Positions 23,931 through 35,664 of a DNA stretch of 64,000 nucleotides are shown here, in pieces. Made by a program: the position numbers and the translations under genes. The DNA lies in NCBI GenBank assembly GCA_030265395.1, contig JARFYF010000001.1, forward strand, positions 49,840,928-49,904,927, written 5' to 3'. This stretch comes from Rhina ancylostomus (taxonomy: Eukaryota). The notes under the pieces are model-generated. The model made no database searches. It was not told the DNA's origin and worked only from the letters and a program-made list of their open reading frames with translations. The number at the start of each line of letters is the position of its first letter. Position 1 is the stretch's first letter.

Positions 23931-26869
23931 TTGAACCAGGGTAGACATCACTCTCTCTTCAGAATGATATGGATTAGTTGACAGAGCCTGGCATTTCTTG
24001 TGCATTTAAAATAAGAAAGATGTAAAGTTGGAGAAAAGATGATGCAGGGACATGTTTAAACAACACGTGTGGTATAAGACAGGAGATTGTGGGATGAGGG
24101 GCAAGTAGAATAGAATTTACTACAAGCATACCTCAAACATCTTTGAACTGCTGCTCACTGCTGGGTCTGTGGTGGCTCAGCCTATTATTGCCATCACCTT
24201 CTTCTCCTCTGACCAACTTAGCCTGTGGACTGATATGTGAACCGTTCCATTCCCCAGCCCCAACCCATGAACCTGCTGCTGCAATCTGTGCTGAGATGTG
24301 AAACCTGCTGCAAGAGAGGGGGAAGAACTTCATTGAGTGTGTTGCCATGATTGAATTACTGGGGTGAGCTGTGTGGGCGTTGGAGTGGTGTTAAGTGGGT
24401 GAAAGGTGGAACCTGTTACAAGTGGTACTTGATCACAGTCTGAATTCGTCGCTCATCATTGGGATAATTTTCCAAATTTGTTTCCCAGACAGTTCCATCA
24501 AGCATGTTTTAATGACCAATTGAACTTCCAGGCCATATACTTCTGGCAAATGCACTTGTTAATTTCCTTGGGAATAACATAGTGCATAAAGAAATCTAAA
24601 AGGGAGAAGCAGACTCCAGATGTGGGAAAATGGAAATGCCGAGTAGGCCAGGTAACATGTATGGAGAGAGAAATAAATGAAACATTAAGTCTGTATTGCT
24701 CTCCAGAGATGCTGTCTGACTTGCTGGGTATTTTGTGCATATTTGTTTTTTTATTATAACAGAATTTGTCTTATTCCAAGAAGTTAATGTTCATGAAACA
24801 TTCATGCTTTGTACCATGTAAAAGTAATATCTTTTTAACTTGAAAAGGCACAGTTCTTCTCTAATATTTGAAAGAATGGGTGTTATGACTGTACTACAAT
24901 GTAAGAAGGATGCCTTCAAATTTAAATTTAAGCAGATTACAAGTGGGAATAAAGTACAAAATAATTATGTTTTGTCATCTATAATTTAATCCCTATCAGN
25001 NNNAGAAGTGCTCACAAATGTAAATGTGCACAACAAATAGAAATGAAAAGGCTTTTGTAAATTTAATTCTTTGTTATTAGGTGTGACGTAGAATTAGCCA
25101 CAGAGCCTAAAGCACATATACTTTGTTGATGCAATAATAAGGTTCTATGCTGTTCAACTAGTTTTACAAGAAGGTCTCATTAAATTTTCTAATTCATATG
25201 AGTTAATTTTAAATCCATTTGTTCTGGTGCCCATTTAAATTGCTGGTGGAAGGTAAAAACTATTGTAAAAAAAATCATTTATTCTTCAGCACAAAAAAAT
25301 AATTTTAGCATTTCACCAGTAATTAATCAAACCATGGTTACAGAACTGTGACTTTGACTAGTAATACCTCCTGGCCACAACAATTAAATAAAAAACCCAG
25401 AGTGATACTTGTACATACCGAGGACTGTTACTAATTGGAATTAACTGAAATGAGTGAAATCATTCACCAAATAAATTCAAATTTATGTATCTATTCGTAC
25501 TTTGCCTGATCGCAAATGTTTCATNNNNNNNNNNNNNNNNNNNNNNNNNNNNNNNNNNNNNNNNNNNNNNNNNNNNNNNNNNNNNNNNNNNNNNNNNNNN
25601 NNNNNNNNNNNNNNNNNNNNNNNNTTCATTACACTATACACAGCTCTTATTTCCATCAGAATGACATGTTTCATGGAAGCACTTACTGTCACAATGATGT
25701 GGCAGGTTTTCATACAGCAGCAAATTTTTACGTGGGTTTGGAAACAACTTACAAGAAAAGAGTTGGTGGAGAAAATGATTTCTCAATGTGTGACTATTTC
25801 ACCATGGAAACCACATGCAACAATAGTGCAGAATGATTCCAAGTTTGAAATCACAAATTAATGACCAGATATCATTGTGTTTTCTAATCCCACAAATTAC
25901 TGGAAGAGGAGATGACTGAAAGGCATCGTGGGCTAGGGTTGTAAGGGCACTGAGAGTGAGTTATTTTTAGAAATCATGCTGCAAGATTTCATTTCAGGAG
26001 TGTGAGGAGCAAATGGAAGGAGGAGTAGTAGATGACCAAGGGAGAAATTTGCAGCATTCATTAACCATACAGGTGCCAATAAAGAAGGCAACAAGAAGCT
26101 GTATAATCAAAAGACAAGAGATTAGAGACAGATACTTCATGAGACAGTAAACCTGTCTTTTATATCCTCTATATGAGCACAGGCTGTTACAGCTTCTAGA
26201 AAGAGAGCAGGAATGAGTCAAGAATTTGAGGAATCTCCATTTCATGGAAAGCTAGATATTTATTATAAAGGGAAATCCAAGGTTCTTAAAGAAAATTTAA
26301 TTAAAGGAAGTGTGAATGACATACTTGAGGTCAAGGTGGTGTTGATACTTGAAGTAAGGCTGCAATTTGTGATTTTAGCTTTTTTACAACATACTTTCTT
26401 CACACTCATAGTAAGNNNNNNNNNNNNNNNNNNNNNNNNNNNNNNNNNNNNNNNNNNNNNNNNNNNNNNNNTGAACCTTCTTGGTATGTTTCACTGAAGA
26501 CAAGAAGCAATGTTTGCTATCTTTTCATGTCATTTTGATTGAAATTAATAGATCAGATTTATTTCCCATTAATATCTTTGTAACATTAATATCTTGTTGA
26601 GGTAACACTCAACAAGATATTGTTACAAATAGTAAAACACAGAATAATTGCTCAAAGAATCAAATATAGCTTTTATTGTAAATGTAGGGAGGTTGTTCAG
26701 AGAAATGTCAGTTTAAATTTCTTTCATACAAGCTCTTACCAGTTGGTTCATTACTTTATTGACTATAAATGGTAATGGGAAGCTGTCCAGACATTTTGCT
26801 GCTTTCCTTGAATTTAGCTGCTGAAGCAGATGACCCTAGAGATGGTCAAGGAAGAAATTTGCTATACCG

Positions 26870-27170
26870 TGGGATAGTGGAGGCCAAGTCATTGAGTGTA
26901 TTTAAGGCAAAGATAGATAGTTCTTCAAATAATCTACTGGAGGAACTCAGCGGGCTGAACTCAGTGAGTTCTTCCAGCAGGTTGTTTGTTGCTCCAGATA
27001 CCAGCATCTCCAGTCTCATCTGTCTCCATTATTAAGTTCTTGATTGGTAAGGGGGTAGGGTTGTGGGGAGAAGGCAGGAGAATGTGGTTTAAAAAAATAT
27101 CAGCCATGATTAAGTGGCAGTGCAGACTCAATGGGCCAAATGGCCTAATTCTGCTTATGGCCTTATAGTC
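26870..27170 (+). mobile_element. CR1 3' end interrupted by a short fold-back Penelope-like insertion (26926-27034)
   Basis: gtggaggccaagtcattgagtgtatttaaggc...aatgggccaaatggcctaattctgct; the insertion is flanked by the 7-bp duplication agttctt. Confidence 0.8.
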
Positions 27171-27180
27171 ATAGAAGTTC

Positions 27181-27265
27181 TGTCAGAATGTTGAGCAAAG
27201 AGCAAGCTCGCAGAGAACCCAAATGCGGCACACCGATACAGGACTGGAGTCAGGATACTTCCTCA
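27181..27265 (-). repeat. 3' LTR, visible part only (rest in gap)
   Basis: Aligns without gaps to 30634-30718. Confidence 0.9.
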
Positions 27266-27365
27266 NNNNNNNNNNNNNNNNNNNNNNNNNNNNNNNNNNN
27301 NNNNNNNNNNNNNNNNNNNNNNNNNNNNNNNNNNNNNNNNNNNNNNNNNNNNNNNNNNNNNNNNN

Positions 27366-27403
27366 GGAGTCGCACCAGGGAGTGAAACATACATATGCAC
27401 TTG

Positions 27404-27452
<49 letters not shown>

Positions 27453-27900
27453 ACACACACACACACACAAGATCACGATTAATGGTCTGGAAGGGTGCAA
27501 TACTATACTTGAGTCTCCTGATCTACACAAGTAAAGCTCTAAGCTACGGGGAATCTACTCGCCATGTGTCTAAACCCCAAGGACAGCGCAGTCTTACCTA
27601 TAGGGGCCTCGGCCCTGGTGTCACCAGCAAAAGAGGTCGAATGGAGCTAATGTGTGGGTTTTATGGAGCTCGACTGGGGTGGAGTTACCTGGGTGACGTG
27701 GTCAGGCCAATAGTCCGAAATTCAAGGACAAAGTTGAGTCCTCAGGGCCAATCTCCAAGGTGTGTACTTGATGGTTGGGCGGAGCCCGACCTGTGATTGA
27801 CAGTGAGCCGACCCGTGATTGTCATTGCTGTCACTTCCGACCAGGTGAACAATGGTGAATACTACTTGCCTATCACATGGTAGCCCTATACTTTTCTACA
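27366..27900 (-). mobile_element. Putative nested LTR of an unrelated family, containing (TG)n
   Basis: Minus strand starts TGTAG exactly at the edge of the RT fragment; CCAAT, CRE-like ccacgtca, cataaaa TATA-like box and ag|gtaaga donor; no similarity to the host LTR; other end is in the gap. Confidence 0.5.
27405..27468 (+). repeat. (CA)n microsatellite
   Basis: Directly visible. Confidence 0.98.
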
Positions 27901-28280
27901 GCACTCCACTACCTACCAGTTCGCTATATAACCTGTCCCGACGAGACTGGGAAGCAATGGAGGAGTACATCAATGAGTCGCAGTTGACATTCGCCCCTCA
28001 TTCTCCCTGGTAGGCGCAGCATTCTTCTTTGTGAGGATGAAGGATGGCTTGCTGCGCCCATTAATTGACTACCAGGGCCTAAATAACATAACAGTCAGAA
28101 ACTAGTGTCCACTGCCACTCATCAATTCCGAGTTTGAACTTCTTCACGGGGCCACCAACTTTCCAAACTTGACCTACGAAGCGCATGCCACCTGGTCAGG
28201 ATAACGGAGGGAGGTAAGTGGAAGACAGCCTTTAATACCCCTCTCAGCCACTTTGAACACTTAGTAATGGGATTTGGCAG
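27901..28280 (+). pseudogene. pol: Antisense-oriented Gypsy RT N-terminal fragment
   Basis: Reads LYNLS...[10 protein letters not shown]...[34 protein letters not shown]...[30 protein letters not shown], with a stop and frameshifts. Confidence 0.92.
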
Positions 28281-28287
28281 TAATGCG

Positions 28288-29520
28288 ATTTGGAGTTGCT
28301 TGCGTGTCGTGGGTCGAGGCCACTCTGCCACTGCCCGGATCTTCTCAGGATCTGCCCTTCCTCTTCCGCTCTCAATATTGTCTCCTAAGAATCTGACAGA
28401 GGGCTCATGGAATTCACATTTCTCCGCTTTGACGAAGAGCTTGTTCTCCCAAAGCCTCTGGAGAACCCGATGTACTTGCTGGGTGTGTTCCTGGAGAGTA
28501 GCAGAGAAGATCAGGATGTCATCCAGATAGACAAACACAAATATATTTATGAAGTCTCGTAGGACATCATTGATCAGCACTTGGAAGACGGCAGGAGCAT
28601 TGGTAAGGCCAAATGGCGATACTAAGTATTCAAAGTGGCCAAGAGGGGTATTAAAAGCAGTCTTCCACTCATCCCCGTCCCTTATCCTGACAAGGTGGTA
28701 AGCGCTTCGTAGGTCAAGTTTAGAGAAGACGGTGGCCCTGTGAAGAAGTTTGAATGCAGAATTTATGAGCGGTAGTGGATACTTGTTTCTGACTGTTATG
28801 TTATTTAGGCTCCGGTAGTCAATGCACGGGTGCAGCGCGCCGTCCTTATTCCCCAAAAAGAAGAATCCTGCACCTACCGGAGAGGATGAGGGGCGAATAA
28901 TGCCGACTGAGAGCGACTAATTGATGTACCATTGCTTCCCTCTCTGGTCGGGATAGGTTACATAGCCGACTGGTAAGTAGCGGAGCCCCAGGGAGGAGTT
29001 CAATTGATCAATCATATGGGCGGTGAGGAGGCAGGTAAAGAGACCCTTGTTTGCTAAATACCTGCCCCAGGTCATGATACTCCGCTGGGACCCGGGACAA
29101 GTCAGGGGCCTTGGCAGCCGACGAACTAAAAGTTGCTTCTACCGGAGAAATTGCTGACTGGAGACAATTGGAATGGCAGTATGGACTCCAACTGACTATC
29201 TTGCCCGTTGCCCAATTGAAGTGGGGATTGTGGTGGCTCAACCATGGGTATCCATGGACGATTGTTATCTGCGGGGTGGTTATCAAGTGGAATTGAATCT
29301 GTTGCCGATGGTTTCCGGAGATTAACTACGACAGCAGAGGTGTCCGGTGTGTGACTCGGGTCAACAGTCAGCCATCCAGTGCACGAAGCTCTAGAGGAGC
29401 ACTCAATGGCTCCCGGGGAATCCCTGCCCGGCAGGCTAACTTTTCATCCAACAGATTCCCTTCGGCACCAGAGTCCACCAAGGCGGAGAAGTACAGGGAC
29501 TGATAGAGGTGTGGCATGGT
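28288..29520 (-). pseudogene. pol: Gypsy pol: aspartic protease plus reverse transcriptase, truncated before RNase H/integrase
   Basis: ALVDSGAEGNL (protease DSG), [60 protein letters not shown]; homology ends at PTTRKQLQ. Confidence 0.95.
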
Positions 29521-29589
29521 AGATGGCACCAACAACTGGTTCTGGGAGGCCCTCGGGAACGACGTCTGTCTCACTAGGAGCCTCCTCTC

Positions 29590-30617
29590 TACTGGAGAGC
29601 CCTTCCCTGTTGGCCGAAGGGGACGTCACGAGAAGATTGTCAGGCTGGCCGCAGTTGAGACATCTCCCAGCTCTTAATCTCCGACGTCGTTCGGAAGAAA
29701 GGCGCTTTCGTCCCGGTTGAGTTGGTTGGTCCTCTAGGGTGGTGCAATCGACTGGGTCGGGAGAAGCACTCGGGACGGAAGGTGAAGGAGCTGAGAGACT
29801 TGGGTCAGGAGAGTCTGGGAAAGTGACCCGTGGGAGGAATAAAGTTGTGGGTCGGGTCATCTTCTCTCTCTGCCTTTCCTGGAGTCGCCTGGTGGCTAGA
29901 GAGCTCAATGCATCCAGTCTGGTTGTCTCATCCCTGGAAGCCAACTCATCCTTAATCTTGTCGCTGAGTCCTTGCCTAAAACGCCCTGGAGAGCCTCCCC
30001 ATTCTATCCTGAGTCAGCCGCCAACGTCCGGAAATCCACAGTGCATTCTGCGACACTGCGGGAGCCCAGGCGGAGGGTTAGGGGTCGCTTGGATGCCTCT
30101 TTTCCATAGATGGGATGATCAAATACCTTTCTCATCTCCTCAATGAAAGTGTGAGACAAGGAGCAGCTCTCTGTTTGATGGTCCCAGATGTCCGTGACCC
30201 ATTCTACTGCCCTTCCTCGCGACAACCCCACGATGAATGCGACCTTGTATCTCTCTGTGGAGTACATGGAGGGCCGCAGCTCAAAAACCTACAAGCACTG
30301 TCGTAGGAAAGACCGTCATTTCCCAGATCCCCAGTGTAGGTTTCTAGGTCAGGTACATGTGGTTCCCTGGGTGGTTGGGTCATCAGAATGTACTGTGGTG
30401 CTCCAACTGATGGTTCAGGCGGGATAGACAGAATTGCAGGAGTGGTGGAGGCAAGGAGAGCAGACAGTAGGCTGACCGGATCACAAAGCTGCCCTACAGT
30501 CGACAAAAGGGTCTGGAATTCTGCCACAACCCTCCGGAGCTCCTGGTTATGCCGGCCCAGAAGTGAGCCCTGGCTGGTGAGGGCTTCATACAGGGGAAGC
30601 TTGTCCACTGGGTTCAT
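29590..30617 (-). pseudogene. gag: Gypsy gag (sushi/PEG10-like capsid plus degenerate zinc knuckle), frameshifted
   Basis: MNPVDK...QGSLLGRH; KVAFIVGLSRGRAVEW; FIEEMRKVFDHP; DFRTLAADSG; GLSDKIKDELA; RRRRLRAGRCLNCGQ. Confidence 0.9.
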
Positions 30618-30619
30618 GC

Positions 30620-30632
30620 TGGCCAAAGTATT
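30620..30632 (-). promoter_or_regulatory. Self-priming type primer-binding site
   Basis: Minus-strand AATACTTTGGCCA is complementary to TGGCAGAGTATT in the LTR (30867-30878), ~30 nt downstream of the TATA-like box. Confidence 0.7.
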
Positions 30633-30633
30633 C

Positions 30634-31029
30634 TGTCACAACATTGATCAAAGAGCAAGCTCACAGAGAACCCAAACGCAGCACACCGCTACAAGACTGG
30701 AGTCAGGATACTTCCTCAGGACAAACACTAGCAGCAAATGGAAGGAATCTTGCCTCAGAGATCTGAGGAGAAATCCCAACACAAACTGGATCTTTGAAAA
30801 GGAATATAGAACACAGAACTGCGCTAGAGTAGACCACTTTTAGCAGCTAAAAGCCAAAGGTAGACCAATACTCTGCCAATTAATGCTAGAGAAACCCTGG
30901 TACTTATGCTAGGCTCCTGATGGGGCACAGGTGTGTGTCGTTATGTAATCAGTTCAGCATGGAATCCATGTGCTGGACAACAAGGCATTAATGGAGCCAA
31001 ATTGAGGGCCAGAGCTCAGAACCATGACA
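30634..31029 (-). repeat. 5' LTR, 396 bp
   Basis: TGTCA...TGACA termini; TATA-like cataagta (minus strand, 30901-30908); directly followed by the PBS and the gag ATG. Confidence 0.92.
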
Positions 31030-31692
31030 AGTTCAGCTAAAACTTCTTTTAAAATGACGCCTTCCCATCTTGGCCTTCATTTAGCATGTTGGGACCAATA
31101 GTCTCCCTTGCAGCGAACATCCACTGGATTCAACCCGGATAAATGATTCTGGCTTTGGAGAATAACTTAGATTCACAGCAGAATCATGATGGTGTACAGG
31201 GTGGGGGGAACCTGGTGGAATATTTCTTGAATGGTTCATGAAAATATTAGAACAAAACAATGGTAGATTCTTCATTTTAAAAAATGATTATTTCTAATCA
31301 TCTTGTGCTTACCACATGAAGGCCAATGAGCATGTAAACTAAATTATAAAAATCTACATCTCATATTTTCTTTTCTTCAAAGACATGCTCTATCATGTAA
31401 GATCAAAAGCATTATGAAACATACTGTAATATATAATACGAATGAACAAGTTAACATACATCATTTGGATCTCACTTTGAACTTGTAGAAGAAAGCCACT
31501 ACTCCTTAGAATTTGCATAACAGATCAATCATCTTGGTCCATTTTCTCATGTATAAGCTCCATTTTAAAATGTAGAACGATACAGAAGCCTATCCTCTTG
31601 AGGAAATAAAAGGCTTTTCCATTAATGTGCCCTTGGTACTGTTCCAAAAACTATTGAGGAAATATAGTTGTACATGTTTATCATAACAAAGT

Positions 31693-32118
31693 GGGTGGCA
31701 CGGTAGCATAGTGGTTAGCACGACACTATTACAGCACCAGTGACCTGGGTTTGATTCCCACTGCTGCCTGTAAGGAGTATGTACGTTCTCCCGTGTCTGC
31801 GTGGGTTTCCTCTGGGTGCTCCGGTTTCCTCCCACATTCCAAAGACGTACAGGTAGGTNNNNNNNNNNNNNNNNNNNNNNNNNNNNNNNNNNNNNNNNNN
31901 NNNNNNNNNNNNNNNNNNNNNNNNNNNNNNNNNNNNNNNNNNNNNNNNNNNNNNNNNNGTAAGGAGTTTGTACGTTCTCTCGTGTCTGCGTGGGTTTCCT
32001 CTGGGTGCTCCGGTTTCCTCCCACATTCCAAAGACGTACAGGTAGGTTAATTTGGGGCTTAAAATGGGCAGCGTGGACTCATTGGGCTGGAAGGGCCTGT
32101 TACCACACTGTATATACA
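31693..32118 (+). mobile_element. V-SINE with CR1-type tail; middle section duplicated across an assembly gap
   Basis: Same head, V core and tail as 3981-4218. Confidence 0.9.
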
Positions 32119-32664
32119 TTTTAAAAAATTTTTTTTAAAAAGTAGAACCTATGTGAATGATTTCACGAGCAGAGGGATCAGGGGAGATTTTCCTGAGTCT
32201 GTGAAACCAGAACACTCAGCTGAATTATATCAGATCAGAAAAGGTTTGTGTGTGCAGGATATATGTTGTACCAAGACTGGTTCAATTTGGGCAAACACTT
32301 GTATTTGCAATTTGGAAATTCTTTTGTCATATTTTGCCTCTCATACCTGGCCTGGTATCACCCAACCATGACCTTTATCTGATGATACCCAAGTTGTGTC
32401 TGACGGGATACCAGTGTCATCTCACCAGCCCAATTACTTGTCAAAATAAGAGCATTAGGAAAACAGAGCACTCTGTGCAAGGAAGACCTCCATACAAAAT
32501 ACTTCTTCAGACTAGGGAGATTATCTTTTTGGTACACAGAATTTCTGACCCAATGAAGACTTCACTAGAAAATAAATACATCTCCATAGTACATCCATGT
32601 TCTTCCCTATCAGCAGTCCTTCTGGGGCTCTCCCATCTTGTATCTTATTTTTATGACACAAAAA

Positions 32665-32967
32665 GAAACCAATCAGCCCATTAGTTTCAGGCCAGCTCTC
32701 AGAGAAGTAGTCCCATTCCCTCACTCCTTATTTCCTTGTAACCCTGCAACCTATTTTCTTTCACTCTCCTCTTTGATTTGTTTTGCCATTAACCTACACT
32801 AAGGGGCAAGGTGCAGCAGCCAACAAAAATACCAGCATGTGTTTTGGATGTGGGAGGTATCTGGAGGAAGCCCATGCAAACCCTGTTCAGACAGCATCTA
32901 AGGTCAGGAGTAAGCCCACTTCCCTGGAATGTGAGGCAGCAACTCTAAGCGCTGAATCACTGTGCTG
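32665..32967 (-). mobile_element. Older diverged V-SINE
   Basis: tttggatgtgggaggtatctggaggaagcccatgc is a reverse V core; gaggcagcaactcta head remnant. Confidence 0.55.
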
Positions 32968-33569
32968 CTGCTATAGTTGTGAAATAAGACTGCAGCTGTG
33001 GTGCATTTTCCCAGAGGTAGCAAAGGCTAGGAGTTTGAATCCAAATGGTGTCTAATTGATACTAATTTTCTAATCCATATTGATTTTCTGTCTGTTAATC
33101 CCCATGCTTTACACACCCACCCTCAAATGAAAGGAATGGAGCCAATGGGGGATTATGTGATCCAAATAATCTATGAATTTTAATCAGTATGCTTTGAAAG
33201 AATTTGGTTCTAGTTTCGGGTTAAATGTGCACAAAGTGTAAAATGTATTGCATTGGTGAGCTACAGATCATTGGGCATTGAAGACTATTGTCAGTGCACA
33301 GGGTTTTGGTACCTTTGTGCTTGACACCTAGCTACCTCGCTTGGCCCAGAGATGTCCATAAGTGGACTAACTGATTAGCTTTGCAAGTGAATAAATCGTG
33401 CATAAACTTAAACACTAAACACTTCACAAAGCAGTTCAGAATGCTTTTATACTGATTTTTTTAAAGCATGTATTGATAATCTAGTTTCTTAATGAAAACA
33501 TTCTGCAACATACTCCACGTATAACATTAAAGATTATACTCGACAGGTTTTACTGGAGGTTATAAATTC

Positions 33570-33811
33570 TACAGTGTTACAAGACATTGTAAGACTGCCC
33601 TTGACATCAATGAGAGTGTGGCATCAAGGAGCCCTGGTAAAATTGAAGTTAGTTGGTATCGAGGAGCAAATACCTCACACTAAGGAAGGCAGTGGTTGTT
33701 GCAGGCCAATCATCTCAGCCTCGGACATTGCTGGAGTTACTCCTCAGGGCCAATGACCTAGGCACAGCCATTTTCAACTACTTCATCACTGATCTTCCTT
33801 CCATCAGAATG
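33570..33811 (+). mobile_element. LINE family B RT fragment
   Basis: gcccttgacatc..agagtgtggcatcaaggagcc translates as ALDI..RVWHQGA; a GV.PQG...FI.DLPS remnant follows. Confidence 0.7.
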
Positions 33812-34337
33812 CTAGAACATAGAGCATAGAACATTCCAGTACAATACAGGTTCTTCGGCCCACAATGTTGTGTCAACACTTTATCCTACTCTAAGATCTA
33901 TCTAAACCTTCCTTCCCACATTAGCCCTCCATTTTTCCATCATTCATGTGCCTAAGAGTGTCTTAAATGTCCCTAACGTATCTGCCCCCACAACCTCTGC
34001 CAGCAGTGCATCCCATGCATCCACCATTCTCTGTGTAAAACAAAACTTACCTCTGACATCCCTCCTATATCTTCCTCCAATCATCTTAAAATTATTGCCC
34101 CCTCGTGTTAGTCATTGTTGCCCTGGGAGAAAGTCTCTAACTGTCCACTCGATCTATATCTCTTATCATCTCGTACACCTCTATCAAGTCACCACTCATC
34201 CTCCTTTGCCCCAAAGAGAAAAGCCCTAGCTTGCTCACTCTATCCTCATAAAACATGCTCTCCAATCCAGGCAGGACCCTGGTAAATCTCCTCTGCACCC
34301 TCTCTGAAGCTTCCACATCCTTCCTGTAATGAGGCAA
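33812..34337 (-). mobile_element. CR1 LINE 3' fragment
   Basis: ORF PHYRKDVEASERVQRRFTRVLPGLESMFYEDRVSKLGLFSL; tail (gttctat)n. Confidence 0.93.
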
Positions 34338-34379
34338 CTAGTTGTTTCTCTTTTCTCCACCCACTCCCTGTGCCATTAT

Positions 34380-34830
34380 TCAATGGACAGTTTGCACATC
34401 CACCCTGTAGTCCCCACCCTCAGGCCGACAGGGAGCAAGGACTTTTGTGGGACAAGGGCTGATGCTTCTCTGGAACTAACTGCTCCTTCTGCAGTCACAC
34501 CGTCCTGCCCCTGACCATTCGGCATGCTAGAGACAGCTCGTCTAAGGGGTGCGACTGGCTCCTGGAACATCGTGTACAGGTAATTCTCCCCTCCCTGATG
34601 TGTTGAAGTGTTTGGAGTTCACGCTCCAGCTCATCGACCCTGAGCCGAAGTGTCTTGAGCAGACAACACTTTGACCAATCAGAATAGACAGAGAAAATAA
34701 AAGCCCCTGTCAAATGGCTCCTAATTTCTCTCCACAAAGAGATGCCCCCACATGACCAGTGACCCCCAGGGCCCACTCACAGCTGAGGCTCTGCTGCTGC
34801 AACAGGACATTGGAGCTTCATATCCTGGAT
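34380..34830 (-). mobile_element. CR1 ORF1 N-terminal fragment (zinc-finger/leucine-zipper region)
   Basis: KCCLLKTLRLRVDELERELQTLQHIREG matches the CR1 ORF1 pattern C.KC..L......V.ELE..L..L..IRE. Confidence 0.7.
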
Positions 34831-35664
34831 GTTCTAGACTGACAGAAGGAACCACAGTAAATTTAAACCATCTATTTTCGATGATCACATGACAAGTTGA
34901 GCAGGTTGCCAAAGCGAACAAAGAAATTGGGCCTCTGGCAGAGCAGCCAGCATGAAAATAAAAAAGGGAGGCAGTGCCAAACATGGACTTCGTGGCACAG
35001 GGCCTTGGTGACCAATACACCCCTACACAGGGCAGTAGCCTCTCTCCCCACTCAGTGGGTCAGGACACTCCCGCTTCTCCGCTCCATTCACTGACTTCAA
35101 ACAATTAGCCTCGGTGTTGGGAGAAAAGGGTTTGCCCTCTCACTGCTAGTCAATGTCGCTGATTGGAAAAATAATCAAGCGCTGAGATCCCAGCTGTCAC
35201 ACCCCCTCCAGTTAAACATTGGCTCAGAACAAATGTCCATGAACAAACTGCAATTTGGAAAGGGCACTATAGAGGAACAGTTTGGTGGAAGACAGGAAGA
35301 GGAGGAGGAATATTCCAGTGATCCAGTTGTCCTAGTTAAGCGGAGCAACATCATGGGAATCACCTCCCAGGAAACCTGGAAGTGCAGATTCAGAAAGGAG
35401 ATGCAAAGGTAAAGGTTAGATCAGGGGCTGGGAAAGCAGAGGAACAAAACACTGGAACAGTGTCCGGCACTTCGACGGACAGAAACACGGGAACCACTGC
35501 TACTGACAGGTGGATTAGAGAAGGACAGGACAACAAGTTAAACGGCTTGGATGTGGGGTTTTCACATGAGGAGGGAGATGCACTGCCCACAGCAGCACCT
35601 GCACTGGAATTACTCTTGAATGCAATGGCACCATCTCATTGGAGCCAGACTGTGCCAGGGAACT

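Larger units (their letters stand above)
27181..31029 (-). mobile_element. Ty3/Gypsy LTR retrotransposon of the Tf1/sushi (chromovirus) group, decayed and rearranged
   Basis: TG...CA termini; direct LTRs (27181-27265 vs 30634-30718, 9 differences in 85 bp); 5-bp TSD AGTTC at 27176-27180 and 31030-31034; gag, protease and RT motifs. Confidence 0.95.

Noticed and set aside
27183-27796. His/Thr- and Cys/Val-repeat ORFs (also 46886-47527)
   Set aside because: Translations of (CA)n, (GT)n and (TA)n microsatellites
28288-30617. Domesticated PEG10/RTL-like gene
   Set aside because: Multiple frameshifts and stops, a degenerate zinc knuckle, and retained LTRs and TSD indicate a decaying transposon
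29523-30843. Plus-strand ORFs of 65-151 aa opposite gag
   Set aside because: Antisense shadows of GC-rich gag sequence with no motifs
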